A stretch of DNA of 64,000 bases from an uncultured Chloroflexia bacterium (GCA_963813535.1 CAWEZH010000003.1:928001-992000), one strand, 5' to 3'; numbered from the stretch's first letter, positions 52,746 through 63,442 are shown. Notes: generated by a model not told the origin, from the letters alone. Numbers and translations are program-made.

Positions 52746-55109
52746 CTACTGCCGGGCCATCGCGAGTCGATATCGCTCGTCCGGCGAGATCATGTGGTCG
52801 GCGTCCTTGGCGTCACCCTCGAGGTCGATCTGGACCCATCGCACACGACCGTTGAAGGTCGTCTTGCCCTCGACCAGGTCGTCCGTGACGGGTGTCGCCG
52901 AGTCGGTGCCGACGTCAGTGGTCTCGTCGGCGGAGAACGCCATCGGCACGGTCGCATCGACTCGACCCTCACCGACCTTCGAAGCATCGACGTACAGGCT
53001 GGCGGAGCCACCCTTGCCGACGCCGCCGCCGTCATAGGCGAACTCGACGCGTAGCTGGTGTTCGCCGGATGGCACGACCTCGTCGCCGTAGACCTTGAAG
53101 CGCTGGATCCCGAACAGGTTGTAGCAGTAGGCCGGGCGCCCCTCGTGCATGTATAGCGTCCAGCCCCCGAACGCGCCCCCCTGCGCGACCACGCATCCTT
53201 GGCCACCGCGCTCTGGGACGACGACCTCGGCCGTGATGGCATGGGACTTGTTCTTGATGACAATGACCGAGTTCTCGGACAGCCTGCCCATCCCACCGAA
53301 CAGCACCTGCGTGTTGCCGCGGATCAGTTGCGGGCGACCGGCCAGATCCGAATTGAATTGCTCGAACCGCCGGTCGTCGAGCGGCAGGACGTTGTATTTC
53401 GTCGCCTCGATCAGGAACAGGCGTTGGAGCTGCGCGAGCTTCTCGGGCTGCTCGGTCGCGATGTTCCGTGACTGCGTCCAGTCGTCGGGCCCGTACAGCT
53501 CCCAGACGTCATCATCGAGGGCCGGGACCTTCGTGGCAGCCCACGGGATCGAATGCCTCGTAACCGCCGTCCAGCCCTCGTGATAGATGCCCCGGTTGAC
53601 GAACATCTCGAAGTACTGGGTGGTGTGCCGATCGTCGGCCTTGACGTCATCGAACGAGTACCCCATCGAGACTCCCTCGATCGGCGCCTGCTGGATGCCG
53701 TTGACGAACGTGGGCGCCGGCAGTCCCGCAGCCTCGAGGATCGTCGGGGCGACGTCGATGACATGGTGGAACTGGCTCCGGACCTCGCCCTTTGCCTTGA
53801 TCCCATTCGGCCAATGGACGACCATCCCATTGCGAGTTCCGCCCCAATGGCTGGCGACCTGCTTCGTCCACTGGTACGGCGTATCCATCGCGTGGGCCCA
53901 GCCGACCGCGAAGTGGTTGTACGCCGTCGGCGTGCCGAATTCGGCGATCTTGGAAACCATGAATTCGGTGGTTTCGACGCCGAAGGCGCCGTTGAGCGTC
54001 ACCAGCTCGTTGAAGCAGCCGTTCGGCGTGCCCTCGGCCGAAGCTCCGTTGTCACCGACGATATAGAAGATCAGCGTGTCGTCGAGGATCTCCAGTTCCT
54101 TCAGCGAATCCACGAGCCGACCGACATGGTGGTCAGTGTGCTCGAGGAAGCCCGCGTAGACTTCCATCTGGCGAGCGAGCACGGGCCTGAGGTCGGCTGG
54201 CATGTCCTCCCAGCCTGGGATCTCCGGCGCTCGTTCTGTCAACTCCGCGTCCGGCGGGATGACGCCTAGCTCCTTCTGACGCGCGATGATCCGCTTGCGC
54301 TGTTCGTCCCAGCCGTCGTCGAACATGCCCTTGTACTTGTCCGACCACTCCGGCCGAACGTGGTGAGGAGCGTGCGTCGCGCCTGGCGCGAAGTAGGCGA
54401 AGAACGGCTTATCGGGCATGAGCGCCTTCTGCTGCCGGATCCAGTCGATCGCCCGATCCGTCATGTCTTCGGTGAAGTGATACCCCTCCTCGGCGGTCCT
54501 GTCGGGTTCGATCGGGACCGTGTCCTGGTAGATCGCCGGGGCGTATTGATTCGTCTCGCCGCCGATGAAGCCGTAGAAGTGCTCGAAGCCGCTTCCGGTC
54601 GGCCAGGCGTCGAACGGCCCCATGGGGCTCGTCTCCCAGACCGGCACCTCATGGCATTTCCCGAACTGGGCGGTCGAGTAGCCGTTGAGCTTCAGGACCT
54701 CCGCGACGGGCGCCTTGTCCTTCGGCCGAACGGAGTTGTAGCCCGGGGCGGAAGTCGCGATCTCGGTGATACCGCCCATGCCGACCGAGTGATGGTTGCG
54801 GCCATTGAGCAGCGCGGCCCGTGTAGGCGAACACAGAGCAGTGGTGTGGAAGCGCGTGTAACGCAGGCCCTCGCCCGCGAGGCGCTCCAGCGTGGGCGTG
54901 TTGCAGGGACCGCCGAAGACGCTCGACGATCCGAACCCCGCGTCGTCGATGAGGATGATCAGGACATTCGGGGCCCGGGCAGGCGGACGGATCTGCGCGA
55001 TCGGCGGGAACTTGGTGTCCGGGTCCTTGGCGTCGTAGGTCGTGACACCGACCCATTGCGGATCAGGGATCGGCAGATGTGTTCGATCCCGCGAGTCGTT
55101 GTCGCCCAT
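52746..55109 (-). CDS. Arylsulfatase (Cys-type, AtsA/AtsD-like), no signal peptide
   Basis: PNVLIILIDD, TALCSPTRAALL, GKCH, GATHAPHH and GDNGAS. Confidence 0.95.
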   Translation of the reverse strand: MGDNDSRDRTHLPIPDPQWVGVTTYDAKDPDTKFPPIAQIRPPARAPNVLIILIDDAGFGSSSVFGGPCNTPTLERLAGEGLRYTRFHTTALCSPTRAALLNGRNHHSVGMGGITEIATSAPGYNSVRPKDKAPVAEVLKLNGYSTAQFGKCHEVPVWETSPMGPFDAWPTGSGFEHFYGFIGGETNQYAPAIYQDTVPIEPDRTAEEGYHFTEDMTDRAIDWIRQQKALMPDKPFFAYFAPGATHAPHHVRPEWSDKYKGMFDDGWDEQRKRIIARQKELGVIPPDAELTERAPEIPGWEDMPADLRPVLARQMEVYAGFLEHTDHHVGRLVDSLKELEILDDTLIFYIVGDNGASAEGTPNGCFNELVTLNGAFGVETTEFMVSKIAEFGTPTAYNHFAVGWAHAMDTPYQWTKQVASHWGGTRNGMVVHWPNGIKAKGEVRSQFHHVIDVAPTILEAAGLPAPTFVNGIQQAPIEGVSMGYSFDDVKADDRHTTQYFEMFVNRGIYHEGWTAVTRHSIPWAATKVPALDDDVWELYGPDDWTQSRNIATEQPEKLAQLQRLFLIEATKYNVLPLDDRRFEQFNSDLAGRPQLIRGNTQVLFGGMGRLSENSVIVIKNKSHAITAEVVVPERGGQGCVVAQGGAFGGWTLYMHEGRPAYCYNLFGIQRFKVYGDEVVPSGEHQLRVEFAYDGGGVGKGGSASLYVDASKVGEGRVDATVPMAFSADETTDVGTDSATPVTDDLVEGKTTFNGRVRWVQIDLEGDAKDADHMISPDERYRLAMARQ

Positions 55110-55305
55110 GTGCGCCTTCCTCCGATGCCGCAGGGATCGGCCTCAGGGCGACCAGCGGCGGTCTAGGCAGTCCGTGAAAAGTCTCACTGTCAATGTGACT
55201 GTCCGGTCGGCGGCCGCATATGGCGCAGACACGCGTACCCGCGTGGTGCCACCGCGTATGTCGGTCATGCGTCGGCGCGAGCCGCTACCCGATCTCGACG
55301 CAGCG

Positions 55306-56190
55306 CTAGTGAGTGCGCCACCGCGTCACGGCTCGCTGGACGATGAGCGTCGAGCAGCCGGCGACGATCAGGCTTACGAGGTTCACGCCAAGGACGGCTA
55401 GCGAGCCCAGGGCGCGAGGCCAGTCGCCGAGCCCGGCAGCGACGCCGGTCATCGCGGCTGCCGGGATCGTCGTGACCGAGATGGCGACACCCACCGCGGC
55501 GCCGGCTCGACTCTCGAAGGCGAGCACGCCGGCGACGCCCGCCCCCAGCGCGACGCCGATGGTGCCGACGCCCACATGACTGAATGACGCCATCAGCCCT
55601 TGCGAGAGGTCGATGCCCGGGAGGATCCCCAGTAGGTCGAGGAGTTCGACGACCCCGAAGGCGGCGGCCGTGGCGAGTCCGAGCCCCAGGAGAAGCGTCG
55701 CCGTGCCGCGCCCTACGAGGCTCGATCGCCCGGACACGAGGCCGACACACGCCGCGATGAGCGGGACGAGGTCGGGGCTCACCGCCATGGCGCCAACGAT
55801 GAGGATCGGGTTGTCGATGATCACGCCGTAGCCGGCGATGATGCCGGCGACGAACATGAGGCCGAGATATCGACCCACGACCCTGGATTCCATGCGGGCC
55901 GAGCTCAGGACGTCGGCCCACACCAACACCGATCCGCCGGTGACGGAAGCCCCGGCGGGCTGGATCCAGGTGCGTCGCGCCAGGCCGATGTCGCCGGCCG
56001 GGACACCGAGTGATCCGAGGGCCTCCATCACCTCGTCCGCGACGAGGGCGTCCACTTCAGCCAGGACGTGCGTCGTGCCGTCTGCAGATGCAGGCAACGC
56101 GGTCGCACGGCGCACGCCTTCCATGCCGTCGAGCAGCCCGAGGGCGTCGGCTCGCTTGTCCGCCGCGACGAATGCGTGCAGGTCGAGCAT
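55306..56190 (-). CDS. DUF389-domain membrane protein
   Basis: IIAGYG..IVGAMAVSP..ALGAGVAG..GVAISVTTIPAA. Confidence 0.85.
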   Translation of the reverse strand: MLDLHAFVAADKRADALGLLDGMEGVRRATALPASADGTTHVLAEVDALVADEVMEALGSLGVPAGDIGLARRTWIQPAGASVTGGSVLVWADVLSSARMESRVVGRYLGLMFVAGIIAGYGVIIDNPILIVGAMAVSPDLVPLIAACVGLVSGRSSLVGRGTATLLLGLGLATAAAFGVVELLDLLGILPGIDLSQGLMASFSHVGVGTIGVALGAGVAGVLAFESRAGAAVGVAISVTTIPAAAMTGVAAGLGDWPRALGSLAVLGVNLVSLIVAGCSTLIVQRAVTRWRTH

Positions 56191-56238
56191 CAGCCCCGGT
56201 CACGCGGGGAGACGTCGGTCAGCCGGGCACCCGAAGGC

Positions 56239-58560
56239 CTATTCCCGGGCCAGCATCGCGGCCGCTTCCTTCTCGAGGTCCTTGTAGTGGTCGTCGCCGA
56301 CATTGACCTCGACCTGGTGGATCGTGCCTCCCGCGAACTTGTTCGGGGACTTGTATTGCGAGCTCACTGCATCGCCTGAGTCGCGGCCGATGCACAGCCC
56401 GTCCCCGCAGAGCGTGAACATCCCCACCTGCGTTCGCATGGGTCCCGTCGCGACGACGTCGTCGTTTACGTAGAGGTTCGCGGTGCCGTGGGTCTCGTGG
56501 TATTGGCCCATCGACTCCTTGATGAACTCCATGCCAAGCACGTATTCGCCCGGTTCGAGCTTGTCGGAGACGAGTTGCTGCTCCGGCGGGACGCCCAGGA
56601 AGTTGTAGACGTACCACAGCTTCTGGTCCTTAAGGAACAGCGAGTGCCCTCCGAAGCGCGAGCCATGGGCAAAGATCACGCCGCTCGCCTCGGGTGTATT
56701 GATGGTCACATCGGCGAGGATCTTGAATGACCGGCTGCGCGTGTTGACCGCAACCGACTCGGGCACGTCGGCCGTGTCCGGGTAGTAGACGAAGTTGGCG
56801 CGTGGCGGCTCGGGCTGTGGCCGCGGATCGTTGATGATCTCGATCGGGAAGCGGTCGTCGAGCGGCAGGACGTTGTACTTGTCAGCCTCCTCGAACCAGG
56901 CGGCGATCAGCTGCTTGAGCTTTTCCGGCTCCTGCTCGGCGAGGTCTGTCGCCTCGGAGCGGTCGACATCGGTATGGAACAACTGCCACACGTCCTTGTC
57001 GAAGTTGCCGAGGCCCGACGTTGGGCCGTGCACTGTGACGGCCTTCCAGCCCTTCTCCCAGATGCCGCGCGTGCCGAGCATCGCGTAGTACTGGCGCTCC
57101 TTGGGCGTAGGTGCGTCCGCATTGTCGAAGCTGTACGTCATCGAGTCGCCAGGCAACGGCACCTGTTCGTGCCCGTTCAGCGTCTTGGGGAACTCCAGAC
57201 CTACGGCCTCGAGGATGGTCGGCACGATGTCGGTCGAGTGGTGGTACTGGTGACGGACCTCGCCACGGGCCTTGAACCCCTTCGGCCAGTGGATGACCAT
57301 CGGATCGGAGACGCCGCCTTGGTAGCTGTATCGCTTGAACATCCGATACGGCGTCGAGAAGGCCATGGCCCAGCCGGTCGGATAGTGGTTGTACGTGTTC
57401 GGGCTGCCGAGGTCATCGAGGTGCTTGAGGTTCTCCGACATCTCGTCCGGCCAGCCGTTGAAGAACTTGTTCTCGTTGACCGATCCATTGGGCGTCCCTT
57501 CGCCGGAGGCACCGTTGTCGGCGCAGTAGAAGATCAGAGTGTTGTCGAGCTGGCCGGTCTCCTCCAGGTAATCGATGATCCGGCCGACCTGCGCGTCGGT
57601 GTATTCGCTGAAGCCTGCGTAGACCTCGGCCATCCGGCTGAAGAGCGCCTTCTCATCGGCTGACAGCGAGTCCCAAGGTCGGACGTCGTCGGCTGGAGAG
57701 TGGGTCCCCTCGGGCATCGGGTTCATCGGCGTGAGGTCGGTGCCCTCGGGCAGGATGCCCTTCTCGATCATCCGCGGGAGCACCCACTCGCGGTAGGCCT
57801 CGTAGCCGTCGTCGAACTTGCCCTTGTACTTGTCGATGTACTCCTGCGGGGCATGGTGCGGAGCGTGGTTGGCTCCTGGGCAGAACCATTGGAACCATGG
57901 GCGCGACGGTGCGCTCGCCTTGACATCGCGGATCATCTGGATGGCCTGGTCGGCCAGATCCTTGGAAAGGTGGTACCCCTCTTCCGGCGAATACGGCTCG
58001 TCGATGTAGTGGTTGTCATTCACCAGATCGGGGTACCAGTTGTTCGTCTCGCCGCCCAGGAAGCCGTAGAAGCGGTCCCAGCCCTGGTGCAGCGGCCAGG
58101 TCTCCTTGGTCCCTCCGGTCGCCAGGTCGTCGACGGGCACGTTGTGGTTCTTGCCCAGCCAGAAGGTGCTCCAGCCGGCCTGGCGCATGACCTCGGCCAG
58201 CGTCCCGCACTCCGGCGGGATGTGGGCACTCGCACCGGGGTACCCGATCGAACCTTCGGTTATGCAGGCCATCCCATTCTGATGGTGGTTCCGCCCGGTC
58301 AGGAATGTGGAGCGTGTCGGCGAGCACAGGGCGGTCGTGTGCCACTGGCTGTACATCAGGCCGTTGTCGGCGAGCTTCTGGAGTGTCGGCATATTGATCC
58401 GCCCACCGAAGGGGGACCAAGCTGCCAGGCCGGTATCGTCGTACAGGATGATCAAGACATTCGGCGCGTCCTTGGGAGCCTTCGGTGGGACGAACGGGTC
58501 CCAATCCGGCGTCGAGTCGCGGACATCCAGCTTGATCGTGCCCTTGAACGGTTTCGCCAT
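56239..58560 (-). CDS. Arylsulfatase (Cys-type), no signal peptide
   Basis: PNVLIILYDD, TALCSPTRSTFL, GKNH, GANHAPHH and ADNGAS; GGAGGAGG RBS. Confidence 0.95.
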   Translation of the reverse strand: MAKPFKGTIKLDVRDSTPDWDPFVPPKAPKDAPNVLIILYDDTGLAAWSPFGGRINMPTLQKLADNGLMYSQWHTTALCSPTRSTFLTGRNHHQNGMACITEGSIGYPGASAHIPPECGTLAEVMRQAGWSTFWLGKNHNVPVDDLATGGTKETWPLHQGWDRFYGFLGGETNNWYPDLVNDNHYIDEPYSPEEGYHLSKDLADQAIQMIRDVKASAPSRPWFQWFCPGANHAPHHAPQEYIDKYKGKFDDGYEAYREWVLPRMIEKGILPEGTDLTPMNPMPEGTHSPADDVRPWDSLSADEKALFSRMAEVYAGFSEYTDAQVGRIIDYLEETGQLDNTLIFYCADNGASGEGTPNGSVNENKFFNGWPDEMSENLKHLDDLGSPNTYNHYPTGWAMAFSTPYRMFKRYSYQGGVSDPMVIHWPKGFKARGEVRHQYHHSTDIVPTILEAVGLEFPKTLNGHEQVPLPGDSMTYSFDNADAPTPKERQYYAMLGTRGIWEKGWKAVTVHGPTSGLGNFDKDVWQLFHTDVDRSEATDLAEQEPEKLKQLIAAWFEEADKYNVLPLDDRFPIEIINDPRPQPEPPRANFVYYPDTADVPESVAVNTRSRSFKILADVTINTPEASGVIFAHGSRFGGHSLFLKDQKLWYVYNFLGVPPEQQLVSDKLEPGEYVLGMEFIKESMGQYHETHGTANLYVNDDVVATGPMRTQVGMFTLCGDGLCIGRDSGDAVSSQYKSPNKFAGGTIHQVEVNVGDDHYKDLEKEAAAMLARE

Positions 58561-58604
58561 GGGTCAGCCTCCTCCGTCGTGGTGGTGTATTGAGTGATCC
58601 CTGG

Positions 58605-59288
58605 TCATGAACTGAGTACCGCCGCACCGGCCGGGTCGGGTGGTAGCGGCTCCTCCCACCGCAGGAGTCGCGCGAGGACGCGGAACGGGAAGCCCACTGC
58701 GAAGGCAAGCAACGTCGCCGGCCAGATCGTCAGCCCGAGCCCCGCGTCCGCGATGATGTAGACGACGCTGGTGAGGACGGCCGTCCCCACGAACCATTCG
58801 CCCCGGACGAAGTGCTGTGGCGTCACCCCCGACGTGATGTCGATCAGGAAGCGTCCGGCCGTCGGGCCCACGACGCCGATGAGGATGCACGCCAGGTACG
58901 GCAGCCCTGCCTCGAGTGCCTTGTTGGCGCCGACCGCCGCATACCACGGCAGCGAGAACGCCGACATGAAGTCGAATACCCGCGCGCTTCGAGCGGCATC
59001 GAGCTGACCCGAGATCCGAAGCGCCAGGAAACCGGCGACGGCGCACAGGATGAGGTACCAGGCATTGGTCAATGCCGACGGCACGTCATTGAGCAGGACG
59101 TCGCGACTCACGCCGCCTCCGATGCCGCCGAAGACCGCGATCAGGAGGATGCCGACAACCGTGTACTTGCGGTAGTGCGACGGCTGGCGCGCCAGGAGGG
59201 CGCCGTTGAACGCGTTGGTCGTGGCGGCGATCAGGTCGATGATGGTGAAGTCGCCGAGACTGAAGTCGGCGAACAACGTCACATCCAT
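58605..59288 (-). CDS. TRIC/UPF0126 (YadS-like) membrane protein
   Basis: AFNGAL, FGGIGGGVSRDVLL and GANKAL; duplicated 3-TM unit. Confidence 0.88.
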   Translation of the reverse strand: MDVTLFADFSLGDFTIIDLIAATTNAFNGALLARQPSHYRKYTVVGILLIAVFGGIGGGVSRDVLLNDVPSALTNAWYLILCAVAGFLALRISGQLDAARSARVFDFMSAFSLPWYAAVGANKALEAGLPYLACILIGVVGPTAGRFLIDITSGVTPQHFVRGEWFVGTAVLTSVVYIIADAGLGLTIWPATLLAFAVGFPFRVLARLLRWEEPLPPDPAGAAVLSS

Positions 59289-59365
59289 GGAACGGGCCCG
59301 CCGAGCGCAATCTGCGTATGGTGCCCCCTTGGCACAGGACGGTGGACCACGGTCATCACGTCGGT

Positions 59366-61033
59366 TTAGCCGGGCTGCGGGACGGGCTGCTGGGATCCCG
59401 GCGATGACGGCCGAGCCGGCACCGTGTCCTGCTCTTGGTAGGACGCCAGCAGCCGGTGCTCCTCGTCCTTGCGCGGGAACTTGAAGAAGACGAGCGCGGC
59501 GCCCAGGAGGACGGCGATGATGCCGGCCAGGTACGCCCACTGGTCGCCGGCCAGGAACGCCACTTTCGCGGCCGCGATGATCTGGTCGCTGTACTGCGGG
59601 TACTGTGCAGCGATATCGGCCGCACCCGCGTACGACATCGTGAGCTGGTTCTGCACGCTAGTCGTCAGATCGGGATTCGGCGGAGCCCCTGCCAGCGCGG
59701 CGGCTGCGGCGGCGGCGTAACCGGCCGTCAGCAACGCCCCGAAGATCGACTGCATGATCGCGCCGCCAAGGTCGCGCTGAAGGTCGGCGGTCCCGGACGC
59801 CATCCCGGCGCGTGTGACCGGTACCGAGCCCGTTAGGGACCTTGACGCGGGGGTTCCGGCGAGCCCGACCCCCACCCCAACAAGGGCGTAGCCGAGAGCC
59901 ACGACGAGGTAGCTGCTGCCCTCGCCCCAGAGCAGCAGCATCGTCAGGAATCCGCCGAGGACGAACACGTATCCGAACATGAGCGTGAAGCGCGCGCCGC
60001 GGGCCTCGACGATCACGGCCGACCGAGGGGCGACGAGGACCATCGCTAGGGCAGCCGGGATGATCGCCGTTCCGGCCTCGAAGGTCGAGTACTGCAGCAC
60101 GTTCTGGAGGTATTGCTGGCCGATGAACATCGCGCCCATCAGCGATCCGAAGACGATGATGCCGGCCAGCGCGGCGACCCAGAACGTCGGCCTAGCCGCG
60201 ATGTCCAGGTCGTACAGGGGATCCTTCGCCCGACGTTGGCGGATGACGAAGGCGACGGTCGCGGCCACGCAGATACCCGCCAGCCCGATCACGAGGGCAG
60301 CCATGTTGGGCACCGGCGCGAAATTGATGGCGAGGATGAGCGTCCCGACCAGGACCGCCGACAGGATGCCGCCCAGATTGTCGACCGGATCCACGGTCTC
60401 GTTCACGTGCGCCGGAACGAACCGCCACGCCATGAAGAGGGCGACGGCCGCGAGCGGCAGCGTGATCAGGAAGACCGATCCCCAGTCGAAGCGCTCGAGG
60501 AGGAAACCCGCCACCAGGGGGCCGAGGGCCGCGATGGCGCCACCGAGGGCCGACCACAGGGCGATGGACTTCGTTCGCCCGGGCCCGGGAGCCCAGAGTG
60601 CGGTGATGAGGGCGAGCGTGGTGGGGTAAGCCATGCCCGCGGAGATGCCGCCGACGATCCTCGCGACGATCAGGACCTCGATCGTGGGCGCGAACGCCGC
60701 CACCAGGCAGGCTGGGATCGACAGCCCGATACCGAGTAGCAACAGCATCTTGCGGCCGTAGCGGTCCCCGATCGCCCCGAGCCAGAGCACGGATGCGGCC
60801 AAGCCCAGCGAGTACCCGACCGCCACGAGATCGAGCGCTGTCTGCGACGCCGTGAAGGCCAGGCCGATCGATGGCAACGCGACATTTGCCACCGACAGGT
60901 TGAGGTTGGCGACCGCCGCGACGAGGATCAGGGACGCGAGGATCAGGCCTCCGCCCGATGGGATGCCGGCATCGCCCGGCTCCTGGGCGGTCTGCGCTAC
61001 GGATGCAGGCCCCGGGGCGGTGTCCTCTGCCAT
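59366..61033 (-). CDS. MFS transporter, DHA2 (14-TM) type
   Basis: GAIGDRYGRK, GPLVAGFLL..DWGSVF and RAGMASG. Confidence 0.92.
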   Translation of the reverse strand: MAEDTAPGPASVAQTAQEPGDAGIPSGGGLILASLILVAAVANLNLSVANVALPSIGLAFTASQTALDLVAVGYSLGLAASVLWLGAIGDRYGRKMLLLLGIGLSIPACLVAAFAPTIEVLIVARIVGGISAGMAYPTTLALITALWAPGPGRTKSIALWSALGGAIAALGPLVAGFLLERFDWGSVFLITLPLAAVALFMAWRFVPAHVNETVDPVDNLGGILSAVLVGTLILAINFAPVPNMAALVIGLAGICVAATVAFVIRQRRAKDPLYDLDIAARPTFWVAALAGIIVFGSLMGAMFIGQQYLQNVLQYSTFEAGTAIIPAALAMVLVAPRSAVIVEARGARFTLMFGYVFVLGGFLTMLLLWGEGSSYLVVALGYALVGVGVGLAGTPASRSLTGSVPVTRAGMASGTADLQRDLGGAIMQSIFGALLTAGYAAAAAAALAGAPPNPDLTTSVQNQLTMSYAGAADIAAQYPQYSDQIIAAAKVAFLAGDQWAYLAGIIAVLLGAALVFFKFPRKDEEHRLLASYQEQDTVPARPSSPGSQQPVPQPG

Positions 61034-61048
61034 TAGAGTCGCCGGCGA

Positions 61049-61315
61049 TCAGGCGTTGGACTGGCTGCCTGCCCAGAGCGCGAACAGGCGAAGGAAGTGG
61101 CCCATGCCGGCCACGAGCAAAGCCAGGAAGATCGGCCCACCGATCGCTGAGAGTGACAGGCCGAGCGCCTGAAGGAAGTTGAATGCCGGACTCGACGCCA
61201 GGTCGAGGAACCACAGGACGCCGGACACGACCGCATAGATCACGGTGAACCATCCGATGTACACGAAGAACGTCGCGACGTTCGCGAGTGTCCGGGCTTC
61301 TGCGCGGATGTCCAT
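61049..61315 (-). CDS. Small two-TM hypothetical membrane protein
   Basis: MDIRAEART... after AAGGAGTG; two hydrophobic helices. Confidence 0.7.
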   Translation of the reverse strand: MDIRAEARTLANVATFFVYIGWFTVIYAVVSGVLWFLDLASSPAFNFLQALGLSLSAIGGPIFLALLVAGMGHFLRLFALWAGSQSNA

Positions 61316-61479
61316 GGCCCTCACTCCTTGCACCGCCGGGTTGCACACGCATGGCCCCAGTCGTGTCTCGATGGTGGCGACGTGGCGCACTGAGTGGGAT
61401 GGCGCGGACAGGTCGCGTGACGGGGGCAGGCCAGCCTCTTTCGCGCGCGTAGGGCGCCGGGAGCGGGACTCGCCGGCGC

Positions 61480-62451
61480 TCAGCTCCGCGGGCGCACGAT
61501 GCAGCGAAAGCCGATGTGCGCAGTCGACGTCTCGACGGCCTGCGCCTGTCGGGCCGCCGGCCTGTAGCGAAGGCAATAGTTGGGAGCGCACAGGTGGGAA
61601 CCGCCCTTCACCACGCGTCGCGGGAAGTTCTCACCCGGGCGGCCCGTGTCGTAGCTCTGGTCGGGCGAGGTGACACGAGGATTCGAGACCGGCCCGCAGC
61701 AGGCATGACGCGGCTCTTCGTCGTGATGCGGCGTATAGAAGTCGGTCGTCCACTCCCAGACGTTGCCTGCCATGTCGTACAAGCCGTAGCCGTTCGGCGG
61801 GAAGGTGGCTACCGGCGAGGTCCCCTCGTAGCGATCCTCGAGCGTGTTCTGCCACGGGAATTCGCCCTGCCACGTGTTGGCCATCATCCGGCCCCGCGGT
61901 TTGAACTCGTCGCCCCATGTGAACATCTTGCCCTCGAGACCGCCTCGCGCGGCGAACTCCCACTCTGCCTCGGTGGGCAGGGCCTTATCCGTCCAGGTCG
62001 CATAGGCTTCGACGTCCTCCCACGCGACGTGCGTGACCGGGTGCCGCTCTCGCCCGTTCAAGGTGCTCCCGGGTCCTTCCGGGTGACGCCAGTCCGCGCC
62101 GGGCACGTACCGCCACCAATTCCGGTAATCGTCGAGAGGGACGGGGCCCCGGGTGCGCTGGAAGACCAGCGATCCGGGCACAAGCATGTTCGGGTCCGCG
62201 TCCGGGTAGTCCGCAGGATCGAGCGGCCGCTCGGCGAGGGTGACGTAGCCGGAGTCCTTCACGAAACGGCGGAACTCCGCGACCGTGACCTGGTGGAGGT
62301 CGATCCAGAACCCGTCAACAGCGGCGTCGTGGACTGGTCGCTCCTCGGCATAGTGGTCGTCGGAGCCCATGAGGAACGAGCCACCAGGGATCCAGGCCAT
62401 GTCCTTTGCAGGCGGCGCTCCGGATCCGTCGACCGTGGCCTCAGCGGTCAC
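61480..62451 (-). CDS. Formylglycine-generating enzyme (SUMF1/FGE)
   Basis: FLMGSD, HPVTHV, LPTEAEWE, NGYGLYDMAGNVWEW, and KGGSHLCAPNYCLRYRPAAR with both catalytic Cys. Confidence 0.95.
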   Translation of the reverse strand: MTAEATVDGSGAPPAKDMAWIPGGSFLMGSDDHYAEERPVHDAAVDGFWIDLHQVTVAEFRRFVKDSGYVTLAERPLDPADYPDADPNMLVPGSLVFQRTRGPVPLDDYRNWWRYVPGADWRHPEGPGSTLNGRERHPVTHVAWEDVEAYATWTDKALPTEAEWEFAARGGLEGKMFTWGDEFKPRGRMMANTWQGEFPWQNTLEDRYEGTSPVATFPPNGYGLYDMAGNVWEWTTDFYTPHHDEEPRHACCGPVSNPRVTSPDQSYDTGRPGENFPRRVVKGGSHLCAPNYCLRYRPAARQAQAVETSTAHIGFRCIVRPRS

Positions 62452-62815
62452 GCCGGTGCGTCTCCCACAGGTCGTTGAGGACGCGCGGACGAAGTTCGTC
62501 CTTTCGGACGAATGCCGCTGCGGAGCACGAGGCAGGGCTTCTGCCCTGAAGCCCGTCCCCGGTCGATGAGGTCAGGACGACGACGGTGTCCGGGAGTCGG
62601 TCCACGATGGCCCGGCTCGCGTCACAACCGTCGATCCCGGGCAGATGGACATCCATCAGGACCAGGTCAGGGGCGAGTTGCGTCGCGGCGCTGATGGCCG
62701 CTTCGCCCGTGCAGGCCGTCCCAACCTCCTCGAAGCCGTCCGTCGCTTCTGTGACGGCATGCACGGCACGCCGGAACGACTCGTGGTCGTCGACGGTGAG
62801 GACCCTGACCACCAT
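62441..62815 (-). CDS. Stand-alone response regulator receiver domain
   Basis: VLTVDDH, PDLVLMDVHLPGIDG, VVLTS and FVRK; no output domain. Confidence 0.88.
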   Translation of the reverse strand: MVVRVLTVDDHESFRRAVHAVTEATDGFEEVGTACTGEAAISAATQLAPDLVLMDVHLPGIDGCDASRAIVDRLPDTVVVLTSSTGDGLQGRSPASCSAAAFVRKDELRPRVLNDLWETHRRDR

Positions 62816-63052
62816 CTGACCCTCGCGCTGGGCTGTGGGTAGCAGTTCGTGATCGGCCGTTGTGGCGCTCCAGGCCGACGGTGTCACGCCTTCTACTCCG
62901 TCCCGGCCCACGCTACTGACCTCCGTGTACCAGGTGCTCGTCGAGGCGGGAACCACGTCGTGCCGCTCCTTGAACCACGGTCCCTCGGCCGGAGCCTGAC
63001 CGGCCGCAGCGGGGCCAGCAATGGGGCGGACGCGACTGCCCCACGGGGGCCG

Positions 63053-63369
63053 TCACTCGCGATCCGGCGCTTCGGTGACCGCGGTGTCCGAGTCCTCTGC
63101 GCCGGCGTCGGGCACCGAGGTGACGAGCCATGTCTCGGCGGCGCCGATCGCGCGTCGCGTGGATTCGCCCAAGATCGGGATCACGCTCTCCAGCCAGACC
63201 TGTGCGCCGAGATCGAGCTTCCCACTGCGCACGAGCTGGACGCGGACATGCTCGTCGACACGGCCCAGGTAGAGCCGTCCACCACCGACGCAAGGCGGCC
63301 GGCATAGCGGTCGACGATCTGGATGAACGTCGCCCCGACCTTGGTTCGGCCGCGGATCCGAAGGATCAC
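63053..63369 (-). pseudogene. STAS-like C-terminal fragment of a SulP-family anion transporter (or stand-alone STAS); -1 indel at ~63283
   Basis: Joining two frames gives VILRIRGRTKVGATFIQIVDRYAGRLASV/GGRLYLGRVDEHVRVQLVRSGKLDL...ILGESTRRAIGAAETWL...; 317 nt = 318-1; no membrane domain upstream. Confidence 0.6.
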
Positions 63370-63442
63370 GACCGCGGACGGGGTGGCTTGCGACGTACCA
63401 TGCGCTGGACCGAACCGGTTCCGCCGCGCGAAAGAGGAAAAG

